Assembly: GCA_002633005.1 (NCBI GenBank)
Contig: NMRA01000516.1
Coordinates: forward strand, 200,562-264,561
Length of the DNA: 64,000 nt
DNA from: Phoronis australis
Taxonomy: Eukaryota > Animalia > Phoronida
Direction of reading: 5' to 3'
This document shows positions 14,104 through 29,500 of the stretch, one piece after another. Each line of letters opens with the position of its first letter. Position 1 is the first letter of the stretch. A program made the position numbers and the translations under genes. The notes below the pieces were generated by a model that saw nothing but the letters and a program-made list of their open reading frames with translations, was not told where the DNA came from and did not search any database.

Positions 14104-14290
14104 TAGAACATAGAAATGTATTATAGCAAATATTATAGAACATAGAAATGCATTATAGCAAATATTATAGAACATAGAAATGCATTATAGCAAATATTAT
14201 AGAACATAGAAATGCATTATAGCAAATATTAAAGAACATAGAAATGCATTATAGCAAATATTATAGAACATAGAAATGCATTATAGCAAA
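14104..14290. repeat. 32-bp minisatellite x~5.8
   Basis: tagaacatagaaatgcattatagcaaatatta. Confidence 0.93.
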
Positions 14291-14602
14291 AAAGTTTATT
14301 GCCCACACAAGTTGTGCCTCAAGTAAGAATTGCGAAATTTCTACACGTTTACGACAAAAGCTCAGCTCTCACTAAACATGCTCAGAATTTAAAACTCAAA
14401 ACAAACTAAACCAAAGCATCAGTTCATTTCCTAATTGCCAAAACAGACACTGAACATCTAATTAATTATGCCCACTTCCTGTTTTGATCAAACCTTGAAA
14501 GACTAATTAACAGGGTTGTAAGTGGCTCTTCTTTAGTATGATAAGCAGAACTTTCAGTTCATCAAATATGATAAGGTGTCAAGAACACAATGGCTTCCAA
14601 GC

Positions 14603-16319
14603 AAACAAGAGCAATGCAGAGCATTGAAATGCATTGAATGCATTGCAAATGGTGTGCTTTTAGGGTTATTTATTTGTATCATAAAAATAGCCACTAGATG
14701 GCGCAAAAACATACAATCCAATCAAAAACAGGAACATGCCATAAGGAACTTCAGAGAAACAAAGGAAAACAGAATAAAATGAAATTGACACTAGTGGGCA
14801 CAGTGTCCGTTGGATCCACCTGAAAGTCGTTGTCGTCTATTATCTTCATATAAATACACTTAATAAATTTAGTGAAGATCCTGCAGTGGGTTTAGGAGAT
14901 ACATTACTATGGGCGCGAAACAAAACTACCACTAGGAGGCACCACAGTAGGCACTCACCATCATCAAAGGTCGTCTTCACACTGAGAACATATATCCCAA
15001 TTTTCAAGTGATTTGGTTGATACAGAGGTGGACGCCAAAAACAAGATCTGAAAACAGCAAAAATGGCCACTAGGTGGTACAAAATACCTCGATTCCATCC
15101 AAAAACAGGAAGATAGCGTCATCACACCAATAGATGCCTATATTTAAAATTTTATGAAAATCCATTGAGGACCTTTGAAGATTTACAGAATTAAACCTAC
15201 AAAACTAAAATTACCACTAGGGGGCACAGCAGTAGTCAGATCTGTCCAAAAGTCGTCATCATCCGTAGTCAACATCATGTAAATACACTTGCTAAATTAA
15301 GTAAAGATCCTGCGAACAGTTTAGGAGATACAGCCATAGGCGCAAAAAAAAACAAAACTGCCACTAGGAAGCACCACAGTGGTCAAAATCGTCGAAAAAT
15401 CATCGTCAACCGTCCTCCTCATAGTAAGCACATCCATACCAATTTTCACAATCATCCTTTGAGCGGTGTGGTTGATAGAGAGGTGGACGCAAAAAACAGA
15501 CTCGAAAACAGTAAAAATGGCCACTAGGTGGTGCAAACTACGTCGAATCTATCTGAAAACGGGAGAATAGCGTCAACTCACTAATAGGTACATACATACC
15601 AAATTTCATGAAAATCCGTTAAGGACTTTTGAAGATACAGAGGCAAACATAGAAAAATAAAATTGCCACTAGGGGGCACACCAGTAGTCGGATCCATCTG
15701 AAAGTCGTCCTCGTCTGTTGTTAACATCATATAAATATACTTACTAAATTTTGTAAAGATCCTGCGAACGGTTTAGGAGATAGAGCCATAGGTGCAAAAA
15801 AAAACTGCCACTAGGAGGCACCACAGTGGTCAAAATCGTCGAAAAATCATAGTCAACTGTCCTCTTCATAGTAAGCACATACATACCAATTTTCACAATC
15901 ATCCTTTGAGCGGTTTGGTTGATAGAGAGGTGAACACAAAAACAGACTCAAAAATAGTAAAAATGGCCACTAGGTGGCGCAAACTACATCGAATGCATCC
16001 GAAAACGGGAGGATAGCGTCATCTCACTAATAAGTGCCTACATACCAAATTTCATGAAAATCCATTAAGGACTTTTGAAGATAAAAAGGTAAGTGTAAAA
16101 AACTAAAGTTGCCACTACGGAGCACACAGGTAGTCGGATCCGTCCGAAAGTTCTCCCTTGCCGTCCTATTCATAAATGGAACAAATGAGCTAAATTTCAT
16201 GAACGTATGTCAATGGGTTTTGGAGATAGAGCAGCAGACGTCGGGCGGACGCCGCACGGACGGACGGACGGAGATGATGGTATAATGCGTCAACATATAA
16301 ATATGTGGGCGCATAAAAA
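14603..16319. mobile_element. Helentron-type non-autonomous element (HINE/DINE-like) with internal tandem array
   Basis: AACAAGAG + hairpin CAATGCagaGCATTG at one end. ~150-bp CCACTAGG subunits form ~450-bp higher-order units. (CGGA)n microsatellite, stem-loop and A-run at the other end. Partial copy at 41377-41968. Confidence 0.78.
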
Positions 16320-18099
16320 TAATTCAAGAAATATCTTTGTGCATTATGCATGAACAATTTTATTCTAAAACACTTAATAACTGGCTGCACAACAGAATGG
16401 TCAAAACTCTTTAAAATAACTGCAGGCAGTCTAGTACACGTTGCACCAGACGTGCGCAGGTCGCTAGGGTGGGCTCATTGCAGTGATCACCTAGAATCAT
16501 TTTCATGCTTTATTAACATGTAAGCCCAGTTGAGGAGCCAGAGACCTGACTCAAGGGCCTCACAGTGTGCCCCAGTGGGACTTGAATCTACGACCTTAAA
16601 ACACTTCATTTGACACGAGTTTCACCAGATGACTGCTTCTAATGATAGGTTCACACCAGAGACAAGAATGCTAGCAATTTTACTATAATGGTGAAAATGA
16701 TGGAGCATTAGCCTAACAAATGTGATGTTCACGGAGTGATTATTTTTCTCAACCAGTTAGTTTCATCATCAACCAAATCGCATTTAAAACAAAACTTAAT
16801 ATCACTGATAGCCTGTTCACTCCTTGCACAATCAGATGGATAACTGAAACAGCTACTAATGGCCACAGACCTCTTTCTGCTGCGCAGCTGCAAGAAGCAG
16901 TACAGCTACAAAAGTGCAAACAAAAATGTGCTGTTGCCAGTTTAAGAATGCGGTGTAGTTGCATGGTGAAAGTAGTACATATTGAGGACAAAATACAAAA
17001 ATAGGCACGAGAACTAAAACCCTTAAATCAATCTTCTAAAATATATTTCTTCCTCTCCAGGGTCAAAGTTTATAAGAAAAATCCCATGTTCTCATGAAAG
17101 TAAGTTCAAAAACTATACATACCTCTGACTTCAAAACAAGTCTTCTTAGTAATTTTGAGTACTTTGTCTCTGTCTTAAGGCCTTGGTGGGTCTTCAGCTA
17201 ACGTCTTCAAATATCCTGTTTTACATATTCCATGCAGGCTACACACACTCACGTCATACCCACAAAGCTGCATCACCATGTACACAATTTCACTACTGGC
17301 ACTGAACTCACACTATTGTGCAGATATCTAAAACCACCAGTTATCACAAAAAGCAAACACACAAACAAACCACCTCAAACCACCATGTTTCACAAATCAA
17401 ATACACTACAAAAGTTTCAAAGTGTACAACCACAGAGAATAAACACTTGTAAATTATGTGAATCTTTGGCGCAAATATATATATGGAAAACACACTGAAG
17501 CCTGAGAAACATTTTACATCTCATAAAACTCACAAAATTTGCATAAAAATATTTGCAGTCTTTACATAATTAGGTTTTGTGAACAAACATACTGATCACG
17601 GACACTCAACTGAAAATAATACTTTTCTATCTAAGATGGAAGGCAAACAAAGGACCTACCTTAAGATGTTGTGTAGCAGCGACATCATCATTGAAAACAA
17701 TCACCTATTTACCACTTGCACCTACGATCAAAATGTAAATTATAATTTTTAGGTCAAAAATACATATAGGTTATCCCACATACATAGGAATGCACAGTAC
17801 TGCTATATCCTATCCAGAATTCATTTCATCTTGGATATCCCGAGACCAAAGGTCACATTGGGACATTCCCAGATGAAATGAATTGGAGACAGGATATGGC
17901 AATAGTATTCCTACGTGTTTGCTAAAACCATCCCATATACCTGTATACAAACTTATTTGCATCATTGCGGCAATACCTTGTTGCCATCTACTCCGGCCGG
18001 TCAAGGGATAAGATTATCTGTGATGTGTTGAATAACCAGTAAAGTTTTATTTCAAACTAAATTGATAAGAATTTTGAGTTTATGAAAAATACAAGTTAA

Positions 18100-19389
18100 A
18101 GGTGAAGGCAACCTTTTTTCATGTCACTTTTAGCAAAAATAAGGTTCGTTGATTATCCCAGACACATTTTTCACTTAATTACAGCTTTTTGTAATTTGAT
18201 TAATCTCTCGTTCTCTACTCCGGAAGTGACGTTTTGGGAGGCAAGAGTTTCGCGCCAATTTCTTTTCATTATAGTCTGACTATGAGAGCTGTCGAGTCCG
18301 TCATTGTTCAATCTCAGTTGTGATAAGTTCGGTCGTCGTTTGCTTTTGTTTACAAGTCAGTCAACACGCCACGCTGTTGCTGCGTACTCATTATCTCTCA
18401 CAAGCGCTTTGGGTACCTTGCGTCGCTTTCCGAAGGATGACACACTTCGCTATACTTGGCTAGCTCATTCATGTGAAGAACGCAACGCTACCCGTCCACG
18501 CAACGTACAAAGCATAGGAGGGTTACCGAGGGTGGCAAGCATTTTCTGCCGTCAGATTACGACAGAGATATGTACGCTGAATAGATGGAAGTCCCTGCGA
18601 AACAACGCCTGAAGAAGGGTACCATACCGTCGCTGCTGATTCCCGGCAGTGCCCCGTCGCCAACCACGAGAAGTGCGTTTTTGAAGCGAGAAGCCTCTCG
18701 AGCTGTGGCTTCTATATACAGTGACTGGAGGCACTTCATCTACTGTCACCCGTGCCTCCGAACGTACCCCATTGCGTGCAATTCTGGGAACTAACAGTGA
18801 TTCGCCCTGTGCTGTTGTCTCTAGCCCAGAGCCTGTAAGCAGCCCTGCAGCGATGTTGAGTAGTGGGAGTAAATACAGGCCCAGTTCGACACCCAGTGAA
18901 GAGGACAGTTCATCATCCAATGAACAGATCGGTGAGCATAAGTTTGATAAGTTTATTGTGGACTTGTATTGGTGCCAGGTGTGTGGCGAGGTAGTCACAC
19001 GGCGAGATGTAAGCAGTTTGGGTGCTCAGATCACCCTCCAGTGGGAGTGTCGCGGGACACTCGGGCAAGTTGGACAGTTCTTCCTCTGTACGTGAGACGA
19101 TAATGAGTACACACCAGTATGTAGCAACAGCGTGACATGTTGACTGACTCGTAAGCAAAAGCAAACAACTACCAAACTTATCACAACCGAGGTAGAACAA
19201 TGACTGACTCGACTGCTCTCACAGTCAGACTATATGAAAAGAAATTGGCGCAAAATTCTTGTCTCCCAAAACGTCACTTCCGGAGTAGACGACGAGTATT
19301 TAATTAAATTACAAAAAGCAGTAAATAAGTGAAAAACATGTCTGGGATAATCAATGAACCTTATTTTCGCTAAAAATGACATAAAAAGT
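18100..19389 (+). mobile_element. Internally deleted THAP-encoding DNA transposon with ~270-bp TIRs (Kolobok-like)
   Basis: Starts TTAA|AGG. 18120-18390 is the inverted repeat of 19117-19389. Internal THAP remnant (RRFPKDDTLRYTW...RLKKGTIPSL, RSAFLKRE) and a KFIV..CQVC..G.Q.TLQWEC zinc motif. The outermost ~20 bp of the right end are lost. Confidence 0.8.
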
Positions 19390-19788
19390 CCTGCTAGCCA
19401 GGGGGATATCCGGTTTCAACATTCCAAGCTGGCTACACTGAACCATTCAATATCAAAAATTTGTCGGAAACTTAGAAACTATCCATCTAGGAATATAAAA
19501 GTTGAAAGATTCCTTGAACAGTTGTGCAGCAGTGCTTCGATAAATTTCTTAGCTAAAAATTGATCTATTTTCGTGTCTCAGCTTCTGGACTGTAAATAGT
19601 AATAGCAACATTTCATAGCATTGGAAAACAACGGTGGAAATAGTGTTGACTTGCAGAACTTGAGGTGAGGACTGAAGCTGAAGGGCTGTATCGCAAAAAG
19701 CAGATTTTATGCTACGACCAGCAGGGACAGAGTTGAGGAACCCTGCGAGCAGACGACTGTCTCAATAAAAAACAGATCCTGGATATTA

Positions 19789-22179
19789 CCGTAAACGTTC
19801 GGGTTAACGCCCATGCTCAGTTAACCGCCCACCCCCTACTTTAGGTGGATTTTCGATTTAACCGCCCATTGCTCAGTTAAGCGCCCCCCAGCGATTTTTG
19901 AAGATTTCCAGTTAAGCGCCCACCTCTCCGTTAAGCGCCCATCCCCGACATTTCAAAAATGAAGATTTAGCGCCCAGTGCTAAGGAAACGTGCGATTCCC
20001 CGACTTTTAGAAAAAGATCGATGGTCACAATGAGCGCAACGACGCCAAGTCTCCCAGACGGTGGTTTAGCAATGTAAATTACAATACAAGTAACGAGTTA
20101 TTGTCTAGGGTCATGGACTCATTTCAAAATATAATACTTGAACGTTTTTGTCACTTTATTTTCTTCCCATATTTGCAAAGTTGAAGAACGCCGCCGGCTT
20201 CAAAACCTCCGTTTTCAGTGACTTTGTCTGCCGCGCTGAGTTTCCGTCTGCAGTGCACTAGATAAATCATATATTCGAAAAAATAAGGCCACAGAAATGT
20301 GACAATGGTTTTGCCAACCCTCCAAATTCTATTAAGGTGGAAAGCTCTTGTACTTTGAGCAAATCTCACAACTCACGGAAAGATGTCAAATTCTCAATAT
20401 TTTGATGAATGTAACTTCCGTGGTTTGTGGCGACCGAAGAGACAGTACAAGTGTTTTAATGGGTTACCGATTTTGTTGCTGCCTATCGATTTCTGAAATC
20501 AAAGGTTGGCAATAATGTATGTATATGATCTTGAGGTAATAAAAAACTGCTAGTCAAATTTTGTTTTTTGCTTATTGCATCTCAGTCAAACTGGCATTAG
20601 CAGATTTAACTAATGTCGCTGGCTGTTCTTTACTATTTCTTGCGTCTGAGCCCCCACGTATAAGCATGACTGTGTGAATTCAGTTATCGTTTCCACATCC
20701 CCTTTTTCGCCATGCAGAATAATTTTGTTTATACATTGGCCAGTTTCAGCCTGAACAAAAATTCTTACCATTAGAGTCTGAAATATCCATGACGTAGACT
20801 GACAGAAAATTGGCGATAGTGGGTAGGAGATGCACGCAGCTACCTACGGGCATGGGCTTAGGGAGCATCGAGCCGGGAAATATCGGAAAAGACTTGACAT
20901 CGCAGTTTTGGAGAACATTGGCAACGGAGGAATATCATAAAGAACTGGGTCTTTCGTAACAACAGCTTAAAAGTACATAGTCACGCCCGTTTTTTGTTAC
21001 TTAGGGCTATTCTCTTTTAATGTGTGACTTAGTAGTCATTTTGGTGCACGTGCGCAAGTTCCCACAGTTTGCAGTGCATGTTACCTTGACACCAACATGT
21101 GATTGACAGGTGACTCACACGTAGGCACATATATTGAAAGAGGCCGTTATATTACTTGACGGCATTTCCAAGTCACGATTATCAGCCGACTGAGACATTG
21201 CGCACTAACAGCGGGACCGAACAGTGCCACAGTGCGATATTGCAAGTGACATAAATAGCATAATCTGGACATCTTGCATGAAAAATAAATGTTTTTCCAC
21301 CACGAAGTTTGGTAAGGTGATCGTTTAAGAATGAATTGAAACATCGCTGTTTTGTGGTGTTTTATCACATATTTATGTCTTGGCTCGAAATTTTATTCTT
21401 GATTGACGAGTGGCTCACAGCCGCTTAACCCCGATTCTTGTCTTAGGCCTAGTTCTTTGCCGAGCATGTTTGGCGCAACGGCAAGTGAGAAATGCCGGGC
21501 GGTCGAGATAAAACAGCTAGCCGCAGAACTATACGCTGAAAATGCCATTGAATCACGGCGTTTCGACTATAAACATCCTAAACAGAAAAAACATCTGAAT
21601 TAAGTTTTTCAAACTTTTCTTACAACTAATTTTAAAACTGCTCTCAGACTATGAACTTGGCAGCTCAGTACGAGAATGTAACCATAAATTTGATGTCTGC
21701 TGTGACCTCTGCAACACGTGAATCTTGCACGCGCGCACTTTAACAAGTTCACATCTTGAAATAGTTGCAATCCAAGTTGAGGCTGCGTGGTCACTGGTCG
21801 TCTGCTCTCTTGAGGGCAAAGTAACAAGACCGCAGGACTACACGAGGCCATTACTCAGCAATTCTGTAAATTTAATAGTGAATAACTAATCTGAGGGCAA
21901 CAGAATCTTTGTTGGGATCATCCGCTGTTACGACATTTTTCCCGTCATGTGGCGACCTGAAAATATCGCTCTTTGAAAAGTGCTACGCGTTCCGAGTACG
22001 AGGTAAGATTAACCGCCCGGGGCGGTTGCCTGTCGTAATAAGCGCCCATGTTCAGTTAACCGCCCACCCTGGATTTCTTGAAATTTCACGTTTAAGCGCC
22101 CATATCTGGTTTACCGCCCACCCCGATTTTTTGGGTTTGCCAATTTAACCGCCCAGGGCGTTAACCCGAACGTTTACGG
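19789..22179. mobile_element. Non-autonomous Tc1/mariner-pogo-type element
   Basis: TA|CCGTAAACGTTCGGGTTAACGCCC ... GGGCGTTAACCCGAACGTTTACGG|TA (perfect TIR, TA TSD), with multiple subterminal TTAA[CG]CGCCC repeats. Confidence 0.9.
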
Positions 22180-23062
22180 TAGGTTATAATTTCGTGTAAA
22201 GACCTGAGCTCTTAGAGTAGATATACTGTATGCATACATAACAAAACATTTTTGTTGGATATGAATTAGATTTTTGACTGATTTTGTTGGCCGGGGACGC
22301 TTGACCTATTTGTGATGACCCAGATTGAAACTTCAGCAAGTGAGGCTCAAAATAGCCACCTCAGGTCACCATGCATCCGAATTTTCATCGGCAAATCTTT
22401 TCTGTTTTTAGAGCAGTAAAACTGCTTTTTCTGGAATGATGACTTGGATTAATTAGGTAACCCAAATGAAGTAATCAATCAAATTTGGCATAGCACACAA
22501 GAATTTACTCCACCAGAAGACTGCTCACCAACTGTGAAATACAGCTTCTACTGCTATATATGGCCTCTTACTGTTGTATAGATTGGCTCTACTTTCCTGT
22601 ATTTCACAGTCCATAATGTGACGTATACAACTTCCGTTTCTTACACATATGGGATAAAATGTAATAACTTTTTCATACGGAATAATAAATGTTCTTGAAT
22701 TTTCAAGATTTTACCTTTCAACTCTCAAGTTCAGTCCAAAAAGAATACATACATATAATTCAACATTCTCTTAAAAACAATGTGAACGTACATCTTGGAA
22801 AAAAATTCTGGCGTGGATTATCTAGAGGCAAGAACTTGGTGAAAGAATTCTAGGGTGGATTATCTAGAAGCAACAAGTTGGTGAAAAGATGAGGCAAGAC
22901 CAAGTGAAGGATGAGTGTTTTGTGAGTATGCTTACAGGTGTAACCTAGCAAAATGGAGTCCACTAAACAGATTGGTTAATGAGATTGGGATTGTAACAGG
23001 AGCGCTTCTCTTATGCTTAACTGCATGTGATCTTTGGCTTGGTGTCAGTTACATTACTTCAC

Positions 23063-23231
23063 GTCAGCTGTACATGGCAGCATACTGTATACTGCAGTCA
23101 GCTGTACATGGCAGCATACCGTATACTGCAGTCAGCTGTACATGGCAGCATACCGTATACTGCAGTCAGCTGTACATGGCAGCATACTGTATACTGCAGT
23201 CAGCTGTACATGGCAGCATACTGTATACTGC
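23063..23231. repeat. 34-bp minisatellite x5
   Basis: gtcagctgtacatggcagcatac[tc]gtatactgca. Confidence 0.95.
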
Positions 23232-24603
23232 GTGACGTATTTAAACATTATTTTGATACTCTTGTAACTGGATTGGCAAGTGGATTTGATGTTGCGTTCT
23301 AGCTTCATGAAGAGTTTCAGAAGTTTTTCAATATCTACCGACGTGGTTTTAACTTTCTCGTCAAAATTCATCTCTAGTCAGTCACAGGTATACTGTACAA
23401 AATGGCAAGAGATTAGTCGCTGACGGTATACGTTTTCAAACATCAAAGTTGTCCAGTTTCTACAATATTTGTAACTCTATCCGGCTTATTCTCACTTTCG
23501 CGCCATGGACCAATCAGTCTTGTGAGTAACCCGTTGGCTGTAAGTAATTAGTTGTGGTTAATATAATTTGATTTGAATTCTTTCTTATCTTTAATATGTC
23601 ATATTTTTCAGGTTCACACACAGCGAGGTGGCCAAAAATCGTAACGCTGCAGAATTACACAACAGGATGTTGAATTATGAGGTTAAAGCCTAACTTCAAC
23701 GGAATTTTGTTACTTTATTGCGCTAACTAGATAGTCCTAGCAAAGACTTAGTAAAATAAGAAAACGAGAGTTCAATCACGCAAGTGTAAGCCCGTCAAAT
23801 GATAAGTGAGGCTGCCTTTTCATGCCATATTGCGTCACTGCGAGATCCACCATTGCGTGCGGGTGTTATTCGCAACTGTTTGACTTAAAAGATGATTTTC
23901 GCTGTGACGTAGACTAAAAGAAAGCTAACAAGCATAACAGTTTGTTGCATTTGGCAATTTATGGCACTAGTGGGCTAAAAGCGATGCTCTTAACATACTG
24001 TAGGAACCAAATTTATATTTAAGTTACAGCTTCTGTTCTGCAAGTATCAACTGAAGGCAGACAAGTCAAGCTCTAATATTTCAAGCAAATACACAAAATG
24101 AAAGGTACAAACTTCATTAATTGGCTTTTATCATCAGGGCAATGATTTGTTACATCATTTAAATTTAATTCATTGTAGATAAATTTCAGACAATTTGACT
24201 ATAGGAAATAAAATCAGTTCCAGTTTGTGAAATCAAGGAATTTTACATAACTCAGAACTTGGTTTTCAATAATGTACAAGTTTGCCACATTTTTCCACAA
24301 GAATATTATGAAACTGAGAAGAACTACATTCCAAACCACCAGCTGCCATGGCAACAGAACACCAGCAGCCCACCAGAACTGATCATTGATGACAAAACCA
24401 CATGTCACTGAGGTGGTGTACAATTACTTGTCTGTAAATATGCAATGCAATGGTGTCTGGCTGAAGTAACAAACACTTCCACAAGACATTCACTGTGAGC
24501 TCCTGTAACAACCTTGTATGGGTCTGCATTACACACATGTGAAAACATCTGCTTTGGCGACTGTGAAACCAAACCACAGGCATTCCTACTTTGAAAGTTT
24601 GAT

Positions 24604-24777
24604 GTCATGAGAATACTACTGTCATGAGAATACTACTCTCATGTGAATACTGCTGTCATGAGAATACTACTGTCATGAGAATACTACTGTCACGAGAATA
24701 CTACTCTCATGTGAATACTACTCTCATGTGAATACTACTGTCATGTGAATACTACTCTCATGTGAATACTACTGTCA
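24604..24777. repeat. 17-bp minisatellite x~10
   Basis: [gc]tcatg[at]gaatactact. Confidence 0.93.
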
Positions 24778-26569
24778 AAGTGGACAATAACTGGATAGCC
24801 ATACTCTGGAAAAATCATGTGAAGACTGGTGAGGACGATGATTCAATGACACCAAAGATGATGATGATGACGGTGATGATGATGATGTCACCCATGACAC
24901 CAACAAAGATATTTAGAATGAGTTCAAAGACGACACCTCTGATAACACTTGTACAGTGGCAAGGATGCTATTGGCAAAAATGGTGACAATGGTCAAGTCA
25001 GGGACAATGGTCAAGTCAAGGAAATCATTTGGTGTTAACGCTATGAAAATGACTGCAACGGTGATGATGCAACCAACGACAACAAAAAATGCAAGAGAAT
25101 GCCATCACCGCTAATGACATTGCAACCATCTTTGATCAAGATTAAACACAATGCCGACAATAACGCAATCAGCATTGAAAACAACACCCCTTACGAAAGT
25201 GACATCAACTTTACCCTTTTACATTGTTGTGAATGTTTAAAACTTTTAATGTCTCCAGGTAGCTGTAGTACACAACTTGAACAGAGAAAAAAGGACAATA
25301 GTCACGCACAGGGGCTCAAGATGTTGAGAACCAGTTAGTGACGAAAACTGGTTCTCAAAATGCACGACCACTGTAAGTGACTATTGCCAAAAAGTATCAA
25401 TTCTGTGAGGTACGGAAAAACAAGAAAACAATATTTCATTCCTCACTAGTATATGGTGACCAGAATTGACGAGACAAAGATAACATGTTGTTTTTCACTT
25501 GCACTTATACGTAACATTTAAGGTTATGTAGAAAAATTCCCAAATTTGGCTAAGTTCAGAACATCCTGTCTCAGAAATACATACTCACTCACATGAAACC
25601 TTTAAATACTATACTTCATGCACTCTTTTCCAATACGCTGTTAGAATTGTTTTTAAAATGCATCATTTTTGCATGATGGACTATCAAAAATAGTACTTCA
25701 TGATTATACGAAAGAATCAAAAGCTGTATAAAACAAAAAAACAAATTAACAATATAGAAAAGTGTAACAGCATCTTCGACATTTCATCTTGAACACATTT
25801 ATCAAATGGGTAAATTTTACCAGAGACATGGAAATGTAAACCAATTAATGACAGATTGTTAAAAAGTCAAAAACTAAATTATAAAGGCTTTCCACTTTCA
25901 GAAAACACGTACTTTTACAGAGTTAAAATCTATTGTTTTGCAGACATTTGGCCCCATACACAGGCCTGAGCATAAGGTCCTATATAACCTTAATAAAATC
26001 CAAATTGTTCACATATCACAGTACCATAAACGTCAGAGTGAAACTCCTGTTATCAAGTTTGACATGTTTCTGTGACAGAATGTAATCCACAAACAGGTGG
26101 TCAAAACAATTAATATATGGAAAACCAGGACAGCAAGTAGTTTACAAATGTGAAGTTATAACATTGCACAAACCTGTACAAACAGACCAGCCTGAAGCTA
26201 AGTTGAAACGAAAATGGGATTTCACACAGACATGCTAATACCACATGTTTAAAAATTCTGAGAATGACCTACATACCTCAGGCTAATGTCAAATGCCAAC
26301 AAACCTTTCATCACTCTACCGTAAAACAATGATATTTGGCCAGGACAAAATTAAGCCTATCACTAACATAGGAGAGAAACGATGGATTAGAGGAACTGTT
26401 GGTAAATGGAAACCATTCATAGTTGAGTTTCATGATTGAGAACATTAGTGCTTTCTGTTAAAGAAAAACCAAGTTTATTGAAAATCCATGGCAAATGAGT
26501 TGGGGCCAGCATAGGACAGGTACATGGCCGGTGACAGTTCATACCAAGGGAAGGATTGAATGATTTAGC

Positions 26570-29500
26570 AGATTTGGTCATGATCGGATTCAAAATGGCG
26601 GACGTGGCGGCCATTTTGTATCCGATTTCACAGTCAAATGCTCGTAGAGGCCGCATTTTTCGACGTACATGGCTGAAAATAGGTACAATTATACTAGAAC
26701 GCATGTACAAGTCTGCAGAAAATCATTGACTTCCAGTCAAAGATGGCGGAAATATTGGAAGTGGCGCATGCGCACCCCGAAATGTGGCCAAAAACGTTTT
26801 CTCCTGTAGAGGGCGCATTTGCGAACCAATCACTTTCAAACTGGTCATGTCTTTGTTGAGTTTAATAAGCTTTTATAAAAATTTATTGAACTGGAAGTCG
26901 TTTTCAAGATGGCGGCTTGGGCGCATGTTCACACGGTTTCAATCGTTCTGATGTCGCATTTTTAACGGGAAGACCAAATGATGTGAATTTTTGCATGTGG
27001 ATTCCTTGAAGTATGCACTTTCAAAAGTTCTGCGATATCGGCTTTCTCAGACTTAAAGTTTTCGAGTTATTTGACTTTGAATTTCAAAAAAACGCAAAAT
27101 TTCGATTTTTTCGAAAAAGTTATGGAATGTTGCAAAACTATCAAAGTAGGTAGAGTTTTGGATGGGCTTTCAGAAGATATTTTCCATTTTTTGCTACGAC
27201 GTCAACTTTTTGAATTATTCAAGATTTTCCAATAGCGCTGTTCCTACCCTGTCACATAGCGCCACCTATTTTGGATTGTGGGAAAAAAGCATGGCTCATC
27301 GATCATTACTTAGCGGAATTCACAGTCAAATGCTCGTAGAGGCCGCATTTTTCAACGTACAGGGCTAAAACATGATACGATTACTATAGAACACCTGCTA
27401 CAACTGTACCGAAAATCGTTGACATCTGGTCAAAGATGGCGGAAATATTGGAAGTGGCGCAAGCGCACCCCGATATCTGGCCAAAAACATTTTCTCCTCA
27501 AGAGGGCGCATTTGCGAACCAATCAGTTTCAAACTGCTCACGTGTTTGTTGCTATTATTAAGCTTTTATAAAATTTTGTTTAACCGGAAGTCACGTTCAC
27601 GATGGCGGCTGTGGCGTATGTTCACACATTTTCAATCGTTCTGTGGTCACGTTTTAACGGGAAGAGCACATGACGTGAATTTTTGCATACGGATTCCTTG
27701 AAGTATGTTCTTTCAAAAGTTCTGTGATAGCGTTTTTCTCAGACTTACCGTTTTCGAGTTATTTGACTTTGAATTTCAAAGAAAACCGCAAAATTTCAAT
27801 TTATTCGAAAAAGTTATGGAATGTTGCGAAACTATCAAAGTAGGTAGAGTTGATCGTCATGATTGTCGTCATCCTCCTCATCATCGTCTTTTCGATTAAT
27901 TCCGCCAAGTGTACCTCCTCCGAGCGCTCTCGTTTTTTTGTTTGTTCGCACGATACAGGTAGCAATTTTCGTCACGAAATTTACACACAACACGTAGTTC
28001 CGGAAGTACTGGAAGCCTATTGTTTTTCGTCATAATCGGATCCAAGATGGCAGATGTGGCGGCCATTTTGTTTTCGATTAAAGGTTCAAATGCTCCTGGG
28101 GGCTCCAATTTTTACGTAAAAGGCTAAGAATCGGCATAGTAAATGGACCGGAAGTGTGGTACAAGTATACCGGAAAACGTTTACTTCCGGTTAAAGATGG
28201 CGGAAATATCGGCGATCGCGCATGCACACCTCGACTTTGGCATAAAAACATTTTCTCCTGTAGAGGGCGCAATATAGGGCCAATTCCTTCGAATTTTTGC
28301 AGGTGTGAGTTTCTTATGACATGCTATTGTACAGAACCAATAAACCGGAAGTTGCTTTCAAGATGGCGGATCTGGCGCATGTTGACCCATTTTCAGTTGT
28401 GCTGGAGTGCGATTTTAAACGAGAAGAGAAAAAGACGTGATTTTTTGCATGTGGAGTCTTTGAGGTATACTCTTTCAAATGACCTGTAACAATTTTTTCT
28501 CAGACTTACCGTTTTCGAGTTATGACGTACAAGGCTGAAACTTGGTGCGATTATTATAGAACACATTCGCATAGTTTCGCCAAGTGTTGCTCCTCCGAGC
28601 GCTCTCGCACTGTTGCCAATTTACCCGGTGCGTGAACAAGACTGCAGGCTATTTCTTACTGATTTCTTCGCTAGTCACATGAATGTTGTCGTGTTGTTCA
28701 TAATCTCCACCTTCATCGTCATCCCCATGTCTATGGTCCTGTTTTCGCGTAATTTCGGCACGTGTCGCACCTCCGAGCGCTCTCGTTTTTGTTTGTTCGC
28801 TCTCTACAGGTTGCAATTTTCGTCCGATCCTTGCGAAATTTGCACACGACGTGTGGAAGCTTATTGTTTTTGGTCTTGATCGGATTCAAAATGGCGGGCG
28901 GCGCGGCCATTTTTTTTCCGATTTCACATTCAAATGCTCATAGAGGCCGCATTTTTTGACATACAGAGCTGAAACTTGGTACGATTATTATAGAACACAT
29001 GTGGTACAACTGTGCCAAAAAACGTTGACTTCCGGTTAAAGATGGCGGAAATATTGACGATGGCGCATGCGCACCTCGATATTTGGCCAAAAAACATTTC
29101 TCCGGTAGAGGGCGCATTGGCGAACCAATCACTTTCAAACTGGTCACGTGTTTCTTTCAATTGATCAGCTTTTATAAAAATTTGTTTAACCGGAAGTCAC
29201 GTTCAAGATGGCGGCTCTGGCAGATTTTCACCCATTTTCAATCATTCTGCAGTCGCCTTTTTAACAGGAAGAGCAAATGACGTGAATTCTTGCATGTGGA
29301 TTCCTTCAAGTATGCTCTTTCAAAAGTTCTGCGATAACGGTTTTCTCAAACTTACCGTTTCCGAGTTATTTGACTTTGAATTTCAAAAAAACGCAAAATT
29401 TCAATTTTTTTCGAAAAAATTATGGAATGTTGCGAAACGATCAATCTAGATAAAGTTTTGGACGAGCTTTCAGAAGATACTTTCCATTTTTCGCTACGAC

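Noticed and set aside
21403-21603. LRPSSLPSMF as a further THAP remnant
   Set aside because: No upstream C2CH or W residues recoverable; too weak.
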